A stretch of 64,000 nt of DNA from Ascidiella aspersa (lineage: Eukaryota), in assembly GCA_963924565.1 (NCBI GenBank), contig OZ004607.1:25606001-25670000 (forward strand). The letters run 5' to 3'. Numbering within the stretch: the stretch's first letter is position 1; each line of letters opens with the position of its first letter. Below, piece by piece: positions 15,001 to 30,000 of the stretch. The notes beneath the pieces are model-generated. The model was not told the DNA's origin, did no database searches, and was given only the letters and a program-made list of their open reading frames with translations. The position numbers were made by a program, and so were the translations under genes.

Positions 15001-18000
15001 CGTCGATTAGCTGGGACAGGGTCATGATGTGCGTGTGGAAGATGGGGTTAGTGACCAGCAGACGCGTGGCGGCGTTCGTGGCCATCGGGTAGCGGGACAA
15101 CACCGAGATGATGACCTTGTCCTTGTAGATCTTCTTCAGTAGGGCCGGATCTACCGCTTCGGGTTTCCTTTCAAGGATGATCTGAGAAGTGAAGGAAACG
15201 TTACACTCTCTACCCCCCAAGGTGTTTTTAGTCGAATCTCTATACCTATCTTAATTTCTACTTTTTAAAAATATCTAAAATAGTTCTCTAAATCTTTTGA
15301 AACAATTGGCGTTAATTACGTATTTTTTAAACCAAAATAGAAAGCTTTTGGGTTACAAGAAGGTACTATACCTAAACGGGAACGAAACCGTGCCCAAATG
15401 CACTCAATACTATCGATAAAACATCTTTAAATTCTTACCACGATAGTTTTGGGACCTTCCGTTGTAGACTCAAGCAATTCAAGTGCTTTACGGAGAGCGT
15501 TGTTGGTCTGAGCCCTCCTTCGTGTGGGCAAAGCGCGAGTAGGAGGCGAAGAGAACATTCTGTCCAATTCTCCAGCAACTCGAGCATTGGTTTGATGCGG
15601 GCTGAAGTCAATGTTCACCACAGCTGGGTCTCCATCGCTCACCACCGCTAACTATAATGAACAGTAAATAAATTACGGCTTGCTGCTTTAGAGTGAACAA
15701 TAACAAACTGCACAGCAGAATGACTGGTCCAACGAACAAACCGAGTATTTGGTTAGCAGACACTATTCTTTCCATTCTTCAAATGCATTCTTTGTTTAAA
15801 AACTGAACACTACAAAATTCTAATCACAGTCCAGATATATTTAATCCAATGCTAGTCTGGAATGGGGTCATTACACGCATGTAATAATTTTCATTTAAAA
15901 GGCCTACTATTAAATTGGCTACCAAAATTTCACATTGCATAACAAGTGATGACTATTTAGGCACCTGCACGTGGTCGGCACCAATCGTCATCTTTTGCAG
16001 AACGTTATGGAAGAAACGTTGAGCCGCGTCACGCTTGGAAGCCAAAGGAGAGTCGGCAAAGCTTCCGTCCAACACAAATACCACATTCGCTCGTTCCATA
16101 CATACGTACGCCTCCGTCGTAAAACCAGGAGTTGTGATACCTATACCGCACCACTCGATGTTAGTCAGCATATCTTTGATTTCAGTAGAATATTAGGTTT
16201 CAGTACACAGTACAAACATGGCAATATTTTACATGACTAGGACAGCTTAATAAACTAAGTTTTGCAGCAAGAAAAGTTTCTGAACAACATACCTATGAAA
16301 AGGATGAGTGTATGATGTATTCATATACACTTTAAATATTTTCCAAATAAGTATCTCATTAGTGTTTTAATTCAGTACATAATTTCGAAGGAGTGAATTT
16401 TGTACGTAATGGCAATCATGTTTACCAGGAGTGGTTGGCTGCCAAGGAGTGGTAACCCCAGGGGTTATAGCCAAGGTCGTTTCCGTAACGTTTCCTCCCC
16501 CAGGTAAAATTGCGTATACATCTACGACAAGAAAACAAAATTAATTTAAATATTGTTTTTTAATTTGTAATCACTTAACATGGGGTTTTCTTGGTATTTT
16601 AGCAAAAATGTAGACAAAAAATTATTTGAAGTGCCTTTACAAAACTATATAATTACATAGAAATAATTTATAAAAGATTTACATTCTGCAATATACCCTC
16701 AAAGCTTAACAAGTGATTTTATACGTTTTACAAAACATCGCCATTTTGGCGCCTTGATGTCCTTCTTGATAAGGTTAATAACAATATATTTAAATTGAGA
16801 CAAGGATAGAGGTATTGGTGGAGTTGCTGGTTGTATGTGTTCTCAGTTTATTTCGACGTTGATGTTTTTCCAATTCTTATCGCTGTATAGGTTGTTCTGG
16901 CAAATTAACTTTTAACGCCTTAACGTTCTACATAGTCACTCACCGGAGCAAAGGTGATCGGCGACAGCGTCGAGAAACTTGGGCGCGATCAGACCCTGGT
17001 ATCCCCCGTCCACAACACGGTACCTCACGTCGGGGGAGACCGTGTCCAAAAACGAAGTTAGCGCTGCCAGTTTCGGGTCTGGCGGCGCCACAGGGACCTG
17101 TCCAGGTCCGATGGAATGCTGCGAACCGCCGTTGACAAATCCGTTCACCTTCCCGTTCACTTCACCATTTACGTTGCCGTTCACTTTGCCGTTCACTTTG
17201 CCATTCACGTTGCCATTTACTTTGCCGTTAACTTGGTCGCCGTGGTGTTTGCGCGCTTTCGCACCGGTCACCACCAGCAAATGCATAAAGTAGCGCATCC
17301 CGGTGGCGTTCAGCGCCGTGATTCCCGCCTTCAGCGAGTCGATGCGGTTCACCTCGTCGGCGTCAATCACCATCACGAAGCTCGATGCGAAGGCGAAGCG
17401 ATCCTCTATGCCCGGAATTTTACCGGCTGCGAATAAAACGATCACAATTTCGTAAGGAAGCGTATGGCTTCGTCGAATAAAAAGACACAATTATTGTATA
17501 GTCAAAATATATGTGGCAACTGAACAAAATTTAGGTGTACAGTGCAGCCTTTTAAAGTGAAGGGCCAAATATGTGGGGTAAGCCTACGGGCTAAATATGT
17601 GTACCCCAAATGGAACACAAAAGCTTTCGATCAGATTAACCTTAATTGAAGTGTTAAAGTCCATTCTCTAAACGTCCATTAGTCAACTGATTATTAGGAG
17701 GATTGTATGTATCACTTTTTTGCAGCCGAAGTTGCCGAGGGGATAGACAATATAACATAGCGAAAAAGGGCTCTTGTAACCTGCCGGTTTGCAGAACAAA
17801 AGTGCGTCGAGCTGAATGTGCGGTTAACATGTTTTATTATAATAATGACACATTACGGGCTAAAAGCACCACCGACCCATAAACAGCTTGCTGAAGTCGA
17901 TCATTGCCTGTCCCGCGTCCCGTGATTTGTTGGCGGGAATGTCGAGCAGTTCGATCCTGTCTTTGAACTTGTGACGGTGGCCGTTGTAGCCGTTCGGAGC

Positions 18001-21000
18001 GAGGTAGAAGGGCTCGGTTGTGTGGACGTGGTCGTCATAGGTCACCACCGTTACCTGAAACATTCCATTACTTTCTATTTATTTTATCAAGGCACGAACA
18101 AGTGGCGAAGCGAAGATTTTCTGATATCGACGTTTGCTTCGATTTATTAACAAGTTTTTCCAAACATCTTACGTCCAGGTCGAGTCAAGTTCAGTTACGT
18201 CATTTTACACAAAAAGGCTTAAGTCAACTCATGTCATTTAAAATAGTTACTTCAGCGCATTGACTTAAGTCAACACTTAGTATTGGTACGTTTGATCAAC
18301 AAAATAAAATACACTGAGTTTAAAAACTATATCCTACCGTTTTTGCCCGCCACAATACGATCAAGGGTTAAAACAATTTTTTTTTTAATTCGCTTTTGAA
18401 AAATTCGCATCTGCGATAATCGGCTCCAAACCAATAAAAATACATATTAATGTAGTGATGCCATCACAACTTAGATTTATATGCTGACCTACTTTTTCGG
18501 CCCGTGGGATTGCAAAAAATATCGGTTAGATCGGAAGTGACATTTTATACTTCCTGTTTATTGATAAATTCAGATTACATGTTGCGAATAAGATGCATAA
18601 GCAAAGGCAAGAGAAGCAGTTTTACCAGAGTTTTCTCTTTTGACATGACGAAGCGTTCTGATAGATCTTCTACGAAGGTTCGTAGAGGAGAAATATCGCC
18701 ATGCAAGTCTCCGAATACAGTCGACGAACCATCAACCATCACGATCAAATCGTTTTGAACAAAGTTGCAACCAGCTACAGGAAAATATGAACAAAAAATT
18801 GCTGCGCTCTATAAGGTTGGGCAAGTCTACTTACCGTTTATTCTGAAAAATATTTAATTTAAATTACAAATTAGGCAGATTTTTTCTTTTTTCTAAGCAG
18901 CCAAGTTATAAAAAAGTTATACAATAAAACTACAAACTAAAGGTATAGTATTAATTTCGTTTAGTTACCATACAGGAAATTTTCTTATTTTCTTCGTCAT
19001 TTGGTAAGTTTTTACAGGGTAACATTTGCGAAACACATAAAATTTCATTAGGTGAAAGGTAAATATATTTCATTACTTGGTTCTGGGGTTGTTGTTTGCG
19101 TTGTTTCTGACACGGTCGTAAACGAAGTTGTAATCGGAGCTGTACCTGCCAAAACAACCAGAATTAAATAAGTTAAAATTGATAATACGGTATGGTACAA
19201 ATTAGAAGAAAAACTTACTCGTTTGCTGAGTGGTAGAAATGCTCGGGGTTGTAAGTGAAGGGGTGTAAGGAGATGTTAGTTCCGTCGGTCCTGGATAGGC
19301 ACATACATTTTCAATTAATTAAGGTCACTTGTAAGAAATGGTTCAATTTATTGCGTTTCGCAGTCATCACAACAGCTGCCATCAATTAACAAACGATCAG
19401 GAACTAATTAAAACTTTTATTATCATATCAGAACATTCTTAAAACTTTTTCTAAAGCGGGACCTGCCAAACATTTTTTGGATCGCATAGACCTGGATAAA
19501 CATGAAATGTTTTAAGGAAAACGTCACAAAACAAATATACTTAAGAAACCTGCTGTTTTTTATTTGTCATGCCTCAAATATGACTAAAATAGAGTTTTTA
19601 AATACATTCAAGAAGGCGCCAAATCGTTTTTTTAGACATGCTGTTTTTATTTAAAAATATATATTTCGTGTTTAAATATATGCTAGTATCTATCAGGCCT
19701 CCAAGCTCCCCTTTCGAAAACAAAATAACCTACGTACCACCAAGGGGTCCCTAGCTTAACAATTCATGCTCCAAAAAGTTTTAGTAATATACTTTTAGGC
19801 TTAATTATAGTTTAAATCACCAAACGTTATTTAGATTTTCAGGGCACTCACCGCATATGAGGTCCCGGACGTCTTTCTCGTGACGTGGCAGGTGAAGCAG
19901 CCCGCCCTTAACAACTACGACCTTATCGTCGCGCACCGCTGGACCGACCGACTCGCGAAGCGCGCGCAGATCAGCTGGGGAAGAAGTGTGCTTCCTAGGG
20001 GCCACCACGACCACCACTTCGGAGCCCTTTATTACGGCCGGGGCCACCACTTGAGCCAAAGTGTCCTGATGGGCGCTGATTGGACGCCGATCCAGTGACG
20101 AAATATCAAGCACGATGACTTTGCGCACGCCTTGCCGTCCACCTGCGCTCGCTGAAAAGATTTACGCAGTTTGAATAGTGGTCATCTAAAGCTAATACTA
20201 TATTATGTTACTTTAATTTTTAGTTCAGTAAATAAAATTTTTCATACCATCTCGACCGAAAAATTCCAATTAGGTATAACGAAGCTAAAGCTATATAAAT
20301 ATAAGCCATGTAGTATAAACAGTAAAGGAAATATATTTCTCTATCACCACATTATACAACTCTACGTCTCTCCTAGCTTGCACAAGCGTTGTTGCGTGGT
20401 TAGAACAAAATAAATACTTGTGATGAACAATATTAAAAAAAGAACTAACGTTTTAACTTCGTATTTAGAGCTTCCTGGATGAGAGGAACGCTTCGATCCC
20501 GCAAAGTCTGCGGCGCCTGAAGTCCAGCAATGGACCTCTCCAGCTCCGCGCTGTCGTGGTTAAAGTCCAGTGAAAATCCCATCGGAAAACTCCCGCGAAG
20601 TTTATTGGCGTAAAAGTAGACACCAACCTTCAAAAACGATCATACAGTTAACGACTCTCGACAACTGCTATATTTGCATACCTGTAAAACGTTTCTTATT
20701 CTCACGTTGTTTGTCCGGAGCAAGTTGTCTGAATTATCAAGCTCGAGAGTAGCGTTAAAACACAACGTGAAATTAAAAATACCTAAAACGTTGCTTTTAC
20801 ATCATACATGCTGTTTGTACAAATTCAGAAGTGAAACAGTTTTAATACCTGAGTATTGTTTAGTCCAATATGGAAGTCTCTTGTAACGTCTCCCAGAAAG
20901 TCCCTGTAGATTTCCGTGGGTGTTCCCCTTGATCCATCCAAAACGAATAAAACATCAGTTGCAGGCATTGCGCCACAAACTAAAACAAAGATGGATCAAA

Positions 21001-24000
21001 TAGTAAAGAATGCTGTAGCGTTTAAAGCTTTCAAATTCATACAAAATATTGATATAAAGCAACAAAGGGAACATAGATCAACTGGAAAATGGTAATATAA
21101 TTAACGTAAATAGGAGTACTTTTAATAAAATGAATATATATCAATGTTTTTTTTAATATAGATTGTGTACAGTATACATAATTTCGTACATCAATTTTTT
21201 ATCTCATACCTGAATAAGGAGTTGTTACTGTTGGTGAGTAGGCGGCGGTGACCTCGGCTAAAGACAAATTAGAAGAGTTTTACATCAAATTGGGTGTGAT
21301 ATTAAAACTTATTATGAATAGCTGTTTCAGATTATTAGTTGATAACAGTATTTAATGTCATTAAGATTTATAAAAAGACATGTTTGTGTTTAATGACTAG
21401 GTTTTTACTGTAGAACGAGACGTATAGATACACCAACCAGAAAAAATTGGTATATTCTTTATGGCACCATACTCAAATATACTGGAAATACTGTAACACT
21501 AATTCGCGAAATTACCATAAACAACTTACGTCGTTGACAAATGATGTTTCTTAATTTGGGGAGTTTTTCAAAGAGTCCTGGAAAGCTCGAGGGTACTTCA
21601 ACCAAATGAGATGACGGCACCGCTGGTTCAACCGTTTCCTTCAGTTCCCTAATGACGTCATCGGTCGAGGGCGGTCGCCATGGTATCAAGATAGGTACCA
21701 CTTCGACGTGATCAACGTGGGCAGTTGTGATGACGTCATTCACGGTTGGAACGTCAATCGATGGAGAGTCTTTCGACGTCACGACTACAACGGCGACTTT
21801 TCGGCGATCGGGTTTGGATTCTAAACCAATAACATGTTTTTTAAACGACCTTACGTATTACATTACTTTTAATAAAGTAAACAAGCTTCGATATAATTAC
21901 CGTAATAACCCAGGCAAACGTGTTGAAAATGGAGCTTAAAAACAATTACCTATATGTAAGGTTGTGGCAATTATTAAATTCTCAAAACAATACCGTTAAT
22001 AAAGCGGTGGATGATTTTGTTTATGTTTGGAGCAGAAGGCCTCCTTGGTTGATTCGGGTAGGTCAAATGGTGGATGGCTTCTTCAAGTGTCTGGCTTGTG
22101 TTGAATGTGCCAATAGGAAAACCGTGTGGAAAAGTGTTTTGTACACCTTCGTCATAAAAGCTAATGCCAACCTAAAACGTCAATAAAGAAATATGAGGTC
22201 AATGAGGAAATTCATAACGAAACACATAGATTTGAAAATTTCTTAAAACTGACCCTTGTATGATTGGATCCAATTACAAAGCTTTTGGTTAGTTGTTTAA
22301 GCAGCTTTTTGTAATCGTTGATCGGAGAAGGAACTCCAACTGGCGGTGTTGATCCATCCAACACAACAAGTAGATCCGTCGATGGCATTTCCGTACATAC
22401 TAAGAAACAAAAAACTTAAGGTTTGTATAGACAATTTTTCATATGAATCTATCTTAGTTATATATATGTATAATTAAATTATACGTTTAGGTCAGTTTTA
22501 TGTCTCAAGATTAAGTTAGCTTAACCACCTGGAGTAGGTGTGGTTGTCCCTGGAGTTGTTATTCCACTAATGGTCGGTGCCGTGCTTATTTCAGGAGTTG
22601 TGCTGCCAGTTACTATAATAACGAAAAAATATGTTAGACTTTGAGTACGGTAGTTGTTTTTATACAGGCCTACATAGTAGCTATATGCCTGATATAAAAA
22701 GTATTTCAGAACATGTCTAAAAAGTTATCACAACTTTTTTTAATCAAAGTTTAGCAGACAAATAACAAATTTTACCTGCTTCAGTTGTTGTTACATTCAG
22801 AGGATCTGAAACGATGCAAAGATAATAAGTTCTAGATTTTACTGATTTTCGAATGGCTTTTTAGTGTGCTGATTAGCTAGATTAGGTATTATTCAAAGGT
22901 ATGATAAAACGAGCAGTGGTGAGAAAGTTTTATATTTGAATATTACCCAAACCCTCGATTAATAATAGTTTAAAGAACCCTGAGCGAGTACTTCTGTCTT
23001 ATAGATTTTAAAGTTTATGCACATTACGCACCAATCGTTAGTGAGCATCTTACATTGGCAAATAATTTCTGTCAGTTTGGGAATATGATCTTCAAGTCCA
23101 GGGAAACTGAAACGGACTTCCAGCAGATTTGAATCGTTGACCGCCGGTTGCACTGTCTCCTTTATCTTCTTCACAACCGAATCACTCGCTGTCGGTTTCC
23201 ATGGCACCACCAGGACAACCGCCTCCATATCCTTCACGTGATGCTTGGTGATGACGTCAGGAGTGTCGGGGACGTCGATGGTGGGAACATCCTTTGACGT
23301 CACGACCACAACAGCCACTTTTCGTTTGTCAGGTTTACTTTCTAAAAATTGATTATTGTAAAAAATGACTTGGTAAAACCAAAGTAACTCTGAAAATTAG
23401 CTTGCCACTGCATTAACTATCTTATATTTTTTATTAATGTGAAACTTTTGTGATTAGCTTTTAGGAAATGTTTTTGCGCTTAGTTATCAAATAGTTGGTT
23501 ATGTCAGTTTACGTACAGTAAGACATCCTAAAACTTTTAGTATATTGCTAATAAAAAGGTTATAAAATAAAGTAGCCATACACGGTTGTTATAATTTTCA
23601 CAAACCGTTGACAAAACGTTGCAGAATCTTGTTTATAATTGGAGCAGAAAGATGTTTCGGCTTGTCAGGGTAGGTTAAGTTCTCGATAGCTTCTTCAAGG
23701 CTCGTGCTGGTATTGAATGTGTTAATAGGGAAACCGTGTGGGAATGTATGTTCTTCTTTGTCGTCGTAGAAGCTTACGCCAACCTGCAAGCAATTAATGT
23801 GTAAAAGCTATAACGAGTTTGTTAGGATTAAATCAAATTTCGCCATAAAACAACTTCCACTCAATACAGTCAGAGACAACAAAATTGGCCATGTTTTGTT
23901 ATGTTTAACGTTTTACCAACATCGATTTGTTTTGTCGAGCTTTCTACCGTCCTCTTAACATTACTAAACCATGCATAGTAATACATACATTGGTAGCAAA

Positions 24001-27000
24001 AATTAAAAATATATTTTATTTTTCACAAATCACCATTTTAACAGTTTTAATAAAACGATAAAGCGTATCCAAATATATGTAGAAAGTCTAAATGCTTACC
24101 CTTGTCTTATTATTGCCAATATCAAAGCTTTTTATCAACTTTTTCAAAAGCTTTTTATATTCGCGAATTGGCGAGGAAATACCAGTGGGTGGAGTTGATC
24201 CATCCAACACGACAAGTAGATCCGTCGATGGCATTTCCGTACATACTGCGAAAAGAAAAACAAAACTTCAAAGTGACACAAAAGTAATATAAGTGTGTTG
24301 TTGAAATGTGAATTTTCGGTTGGTTAGAGTTTAACAGAAACGTTTCGTCAATGCTTCATTGACGTACGTGATCATGGTAAAGTTTTGTGTGCTTTCTGTT
24401 ATAACATATACATAAGGTGTACTAAGTTACTTATCTTAATATTCTTTATTCACAAACATGTTTGTAAAGGATAACCATTTACCACATAAACTTATGTATA
24501 CAATAAAAGTTAAATGAATTCATTAGACCAGTTTTTCTCAAGATGCAATTAACTTAATCACCTGGAGTAGGTGTGGTTGTCCCTGGAGTTGTTATTGCAG
24601 TGATGGTTGGTGCCGTGCTAACTTCGGGAGTTGTGCTGCCAGTTACTATAATACAAAAAATAGGATTTTTTAATCAAAGTAAATAGTTAGCAGAAATTAA
24701 CAATTTTCACCTGCTTCGGTTGTTGTTACATTCAGGGGATCTGAAACAAATCAAGAAAAGATAAATAATTCAGGATTTTTTTAAGATCGTTACTTGTTTT
24801 TTATTGTGTATGTATAGCCTAATTAAAAATTTATTTAAAGGGACGATAAAACTTGCAATCGTGATGATGGTTTTATACCTAAATGTTACCCTAAACGTCG
24901 ATTGTTAATAAATTACAGAATCCTGCGCGGGTACTGTACTTCTGTCTTGTAGATTTTAAACAACCCGTGACATTAAATAATTGTTTTGTTATATACATTA
25001 GTGCCAATCTTTAGCCGGCAACTTACATTGACAAATGATTTCTGTCAGTTTGGGAATATGATCTTCGAGTCCAGGGAAACTGGAACGGACTTCCAACAGA
25101 TTTGAATCGTTGACCGCCGGTTGCACTGTCTCCTTTATCTTCTTTACATCCGAATCACTCGCTGTCGGTTTCCATGGCACCACCAGGACAACCGCCTCCA
25201 TATCCTTCACGTGATGCTTGGTGATGATGTCAGGAGTGTCGGGAACGTCGATGGTGGGAACATCCTTTGACGTCACGACCACAACAGCCACTTTTCGTTT
25301 GTCAGGTTTACTTTCTAAAAATTTATTATGGTAAAAAAGTTTCGACTTGGTAAAACCAAAGTAACTCTGAAAATAAGCTTGCCACTGCATTAACTATCTT
25401 ACATTTTTCAAGAATTTGAAACTTTTGTGATTAGCTTTTAGGAAACGTCTTAGTGCTTAGTTGTCGAATAGGTCAAATTGGTTATGTCGGTTTACGGACT
25501 TACGTAGCTTAATAATAAGTTGCAAAGCCCAAAAAACAGTTGGACACCCTACAACTTTTATAGTATATTGCTAATAAAAAGGTTATAAAATAAAGTACAC
25601 GGTTAATTGTTATATTTTTCACAAACCGTTGACAAAACGTTGTAGAATCTTGTTTATAATTGGGGCAGAAGGATGTCTCAGCTTGTCAGGGTAGGTTAAG
25701 TTCTCGATAGCTTCTTCAAGGCTCTTGCTTGTATTAAATGTGTTAATAGGGAAACCGTGTGGGAATGTGTGTTCTTCTTTGTCGTCGTAGAAGCTTACGC
25801 CAACCTGCAAGCAATTAATGTGTAAAAGTTATAACAAGTTTATTAGGGATAAATAAAATTCTGCCATAAAACAACTTCCACTCAATACAGTCAGAGACAG
25901 AGACTGAACAAAATGGGCCATATTTTGTCGTGTTTAACGTTTTGCCAACATAGATTTGTTTTGTCGAGCTTTCTACTCTCAACATTACTAAACCATGCAT
26001 CTCATTACATACATTGTTAACAAAAAAGTAAAATAAAATTTTATTTTTACCAATTCACCGTCTTGATAATTTTAATAAAACGATGATATGCGTATCCAAA
26101 TATTTGTAGAAAGTCTAATTGCTTACCCGTGTCTTATTATTGCCAATATCAAAGCTTTTAATTAACTTTTTCAAAAGCTTTTTATATTCGTGAATTGGCG
26201 AGCGAACACCAATTGGTGGAGTTGATCCATCCAACACGACAAGTAGATCCGTCGATGGCATTTCCGTACATACTGCGAAAAAAAAATACAAAACTTTCAA
26301 GTGGCACAAAAGTACTACAAATCTGTTGTTGAAATACAAATTTCCTATTAGTTAGAGTTGAACAGAGCCGTTTCGTCCATGTCTCATTGACGTACGTGAT
26401 TATGGTAAAGTTTTGTGTGCCTTCTGTTTTAACATATATATTATAAGGTCTCAGGAATTATTAAACTTAATATTATTCATTCAAAAATAAGTTTTGTAAT
26501 GATAACAATTTACCACATAAAATTGTATATACAACAAAAATTAAATAAATTCTTTAGATTAGACAATTGGACAAATTTTACACAAGTTTTTGATTAGACA
26601 AGTTTTTGTCTCTATATTCATTTAGCTTTATCACCTGGACTAGGTGTGGTAGTCCCTGGAGTTGTTATTGCGATTATGGTTGGTGCCGTGCTTACTTCAG
26701 GAGGTGTGATGCCAGTTACTATGATAACGAAAAAGATGATTTTGTCTATCAAAGTAAATAGTTAGCAGAAATTAACAAATTTCACCTGCTTCGGTTGTTG
26801 TTACATTCAGCGGATCTGAAACAATTCAAGAAAAGATAAATAATTCAGTATTTTTTTCCTTTTCCTAAGATCTTACTTGTTTTTTTAATGTGTATATATC
26901 TATTAGCTTAATTAAATATTTATTTAAAGGGACGATGAAACATGCAATCGTGATAATTGTTTTATATTTAAATGTTACTCTATTGTTGATTTTAAACAAG

Positions 27001-30000
27001 CCGTGACATTAAATAATTGTTGTTCAAATAAATGATACGCCAATATCTAGTGAGCAGCTTACATTGACAAATGATTTCTGTCAGTTTGGGAACATGATCT
27101 TCGAGTCCAGGGAAACTGGAACGGACTTCCAGCACATTTGAATCGTTGACCGCCGGTTGCACTGTCTCCTTTATCTTCTTCACATCCGAATCACTCGCTG
27201 TCGGTTTCCATGGCACCACCAGGACAACCGCCTCCATATCCATCACTTGATGCTTGGTGATGACGTCAGGAATGTCGGGGACGTCGATGGTTGGAACATC
27301 CTTTGACGTCACGACCACAACAGCCACTTTTCGTTTGTCAGGTTTACTTTCTATAAATTGATTATTGTAAAAAAAGACTTGGTAAAACCAAAGTAACTCT
27401 GAAAATTAGCTTGCCACTGCATTGGGCCTAATTATCTTTTATTAAATTATCTTGAACACATGGTTGTTTTACCTACAGTAAGACACCCTAAAACTTTTAG
27501 TATATTGCTAATAAAAAAGGTTATTAAACAAAGTAGATGGTAGTTATAATTTTCACAAACCGTTGACAAAACGCTGTAGAATCTTGTTTATAATTGGGGC
27601 AGAAGGATGTCTCGGCTTGTCAGGGTAGGTTAAGTTCTCGATAGCTTCTTTAAGGCTCTTGCTTGTATTAAATGTGTTAATAGGGAAACCGTGTGGGAAT
27701 GTATGTTCTTCTTTGTCGTCGTAGAAGCTTACGCCAACCTGCAAGCAATCAATGTGTAAAAGTTATAACAAGTTTGTTAGGAATAAAATAAAATTCGCCG
27801 TAAAACAACTTCCACTCAATACAATCAGAGGCTGACACAGCAAAATTGGCCATGTTTTGTTGTGTTTAACGCTTTGCCAACATATATTGATTTCATAGAG
27901 CTTGTTGCTCTCAACATTACTGCACCATGCATCGTATAACATACATTGCTAGCAAACAAATAAAAATATATGTTTCATTTTTACCAATTCACCTTTTTAA
28001 TAGTTTTAATAAAACGATAATGCGCATTCAAATTTTTGTAGAAAGTCTGAATGCTTACCCTTGTCTTATTATTGCCAATATCGAAGCTTTTCATTAACTT
28101 TTTCAAAAGCTTTTTATATTCGTGAATTGGCGAGCGAACACCACTTGGCGGTGTTGATCCATCCAACACGACAAGTAGATCCGTCGATGGCATTTCCGTA
28201 CATACTGCGAAAAGAAATACAAAACTCCAAAGTGGCACAGAAGTAATTTGAGTCTGTTGTTAAAATGCGAAACTTCCACTAGTTAGAGCTTAACAGAACT
28301 GTTTCGTCAATGCTTCATTGACGTACATGATTATGGTGAAGTTTTGTGTGCTTCTGATTTAGCATTATATATATATGTTATATATTATGAGATATGCGAA
28401 AATATTGAACTTGATATTTTTTATTCAAAATCAAGTTTTTAAAGGATAACAATTTACCAAAAAAACTTATATATACAATAAAAGTAAATGAGTTCGTTAG
28501 ACGAGTTTTATGTCTCAAGATGCAGTTAACTTAATCACCTGGAGTAGGTGTGGTTGTCCCTGGAGTTGTTATTGCAGTGATGGTTGGTGCCGTGCTAACT
28601 TCGGGAGTTGTGCTGCCAGTTACTATAGTAACGAAAAATATTGTTTTTTTAATCAAAGTCAATAGTTTGCAGAAATTAACAATTTTTACCTGCTTCGGTT
28701 GTTGTTACATTCAGGGGATCTGAAACAAATCAAGAAAACACAAATAATTAAAGATTTTCCTAAGATCCTTACTTGTGATTTAATGTGTATATATCTATTG
28801 GCTTAATTACATGTTAATTTAAAGGGACGATTAAACTTGCAATCGTAATAATTGTTTTATGTTTAAATGTTACCTAAACTTCTATTGATAATAATAAATT
28901 GCAGAATCCTGCGCGAGTACTTCGGTCTTGTAGATGTTAACAAGACGTGACAGTAAGTAATTGTTGTTTATAAAAGTTATACCAATCTTTGACAAGCAGC
29001 TTACATTGGCAAATAATTTCTGTCAGTTTGGGAATATGATCTTCGAGTCCAGGGAAACTGGAACGGACTTCCAACAGATTTGAATCGTTGACCGCCGGTT
29101 GCACTGTCTCCTTTATCTTCTTCACATCCGAATCACTCGCTGTCGGTTTCCATGGCACCACCAGGACAACCGTCTCCATATCTTTCACGTGATGCTTGGT
29201 GATGACGTCAGGAGTGTCGGGAACGTCGATGGTGGGAACATCCTTTGACGTCACGACCACAACAGCCACTTTGCGCTTGTCAGGTTTACTTTCTGTAAAT
29301 CAGGAAACGAGGAAAGCTATATTCTATAGTCTTATTTTACTTTTATAAGTTAAACATAAATAATGTTTGGCTAGTCAACTCAATTTTTTTCAGAGTAAAA
29401 TAGTTCTACGACTCAGACTACACCTAAAAAAGAAACGCCTAAATCCATATTATACAATATTTTTTTAATGATACAGACTAGTACATTTCACAAACCGTTG
29501 ACAAAACGTTGTAAAATCTTATTGATATTAGGAGCAGAAGGGTGTCTTGGTTTATTTGGGTAAGTTAGATTTTCGATGGCTTCCTCTAGGGTTTTGCTTG
29601 TGTTGAAAGTGCCAATGGGAAAACCTTGTGGGAACGTGTGATGTTCGCCTTCATCATAAAAGCTAACGCCAACCTTTACAAAAAAAACTTAGAATGTTGA
29701 AAAGAAAAGAAAAAAGCTTTGAATTTTGAGAGGATAATCATTTGTCGTAGATCTTACCCTGGTCTTATTGGTTCCAATATCGAAACTTTTAATCAACTTT
29801 TTCAAAAGCTTTTTATATTCGTGGATCGGAGGAGGGACACCAACTGGTGGTGTGGAGCCATCCAAAACAATCTGTAGATCCGTAGAAGGCATTTTCGTAC
29901 AAACTGAGCAAAAACATGTTGCTTATGATTGCCTATGAAAAGTTGTAAACAAGCAAAATTTTCTATTACCTGGTTGCTTTGTCGTAACTTCCGTCGTCTT

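Noticed and set aside
12572-15220. 882-aa ORF (and the 1058-aa ORF at 39597-42773) as stand-alone or bacterial genes
   Set aside because: Both are bounded by GT-AG sites in phase with neighbouring exons, and their ends run into intron sequence.
21530-29903. Repeat array as a CRISPR array, tandem gene family or mutually exclusive exon cluster
   Set aside because: Units are complete in-frame multi-exon domain modules, without spacers or their own starts and stops.
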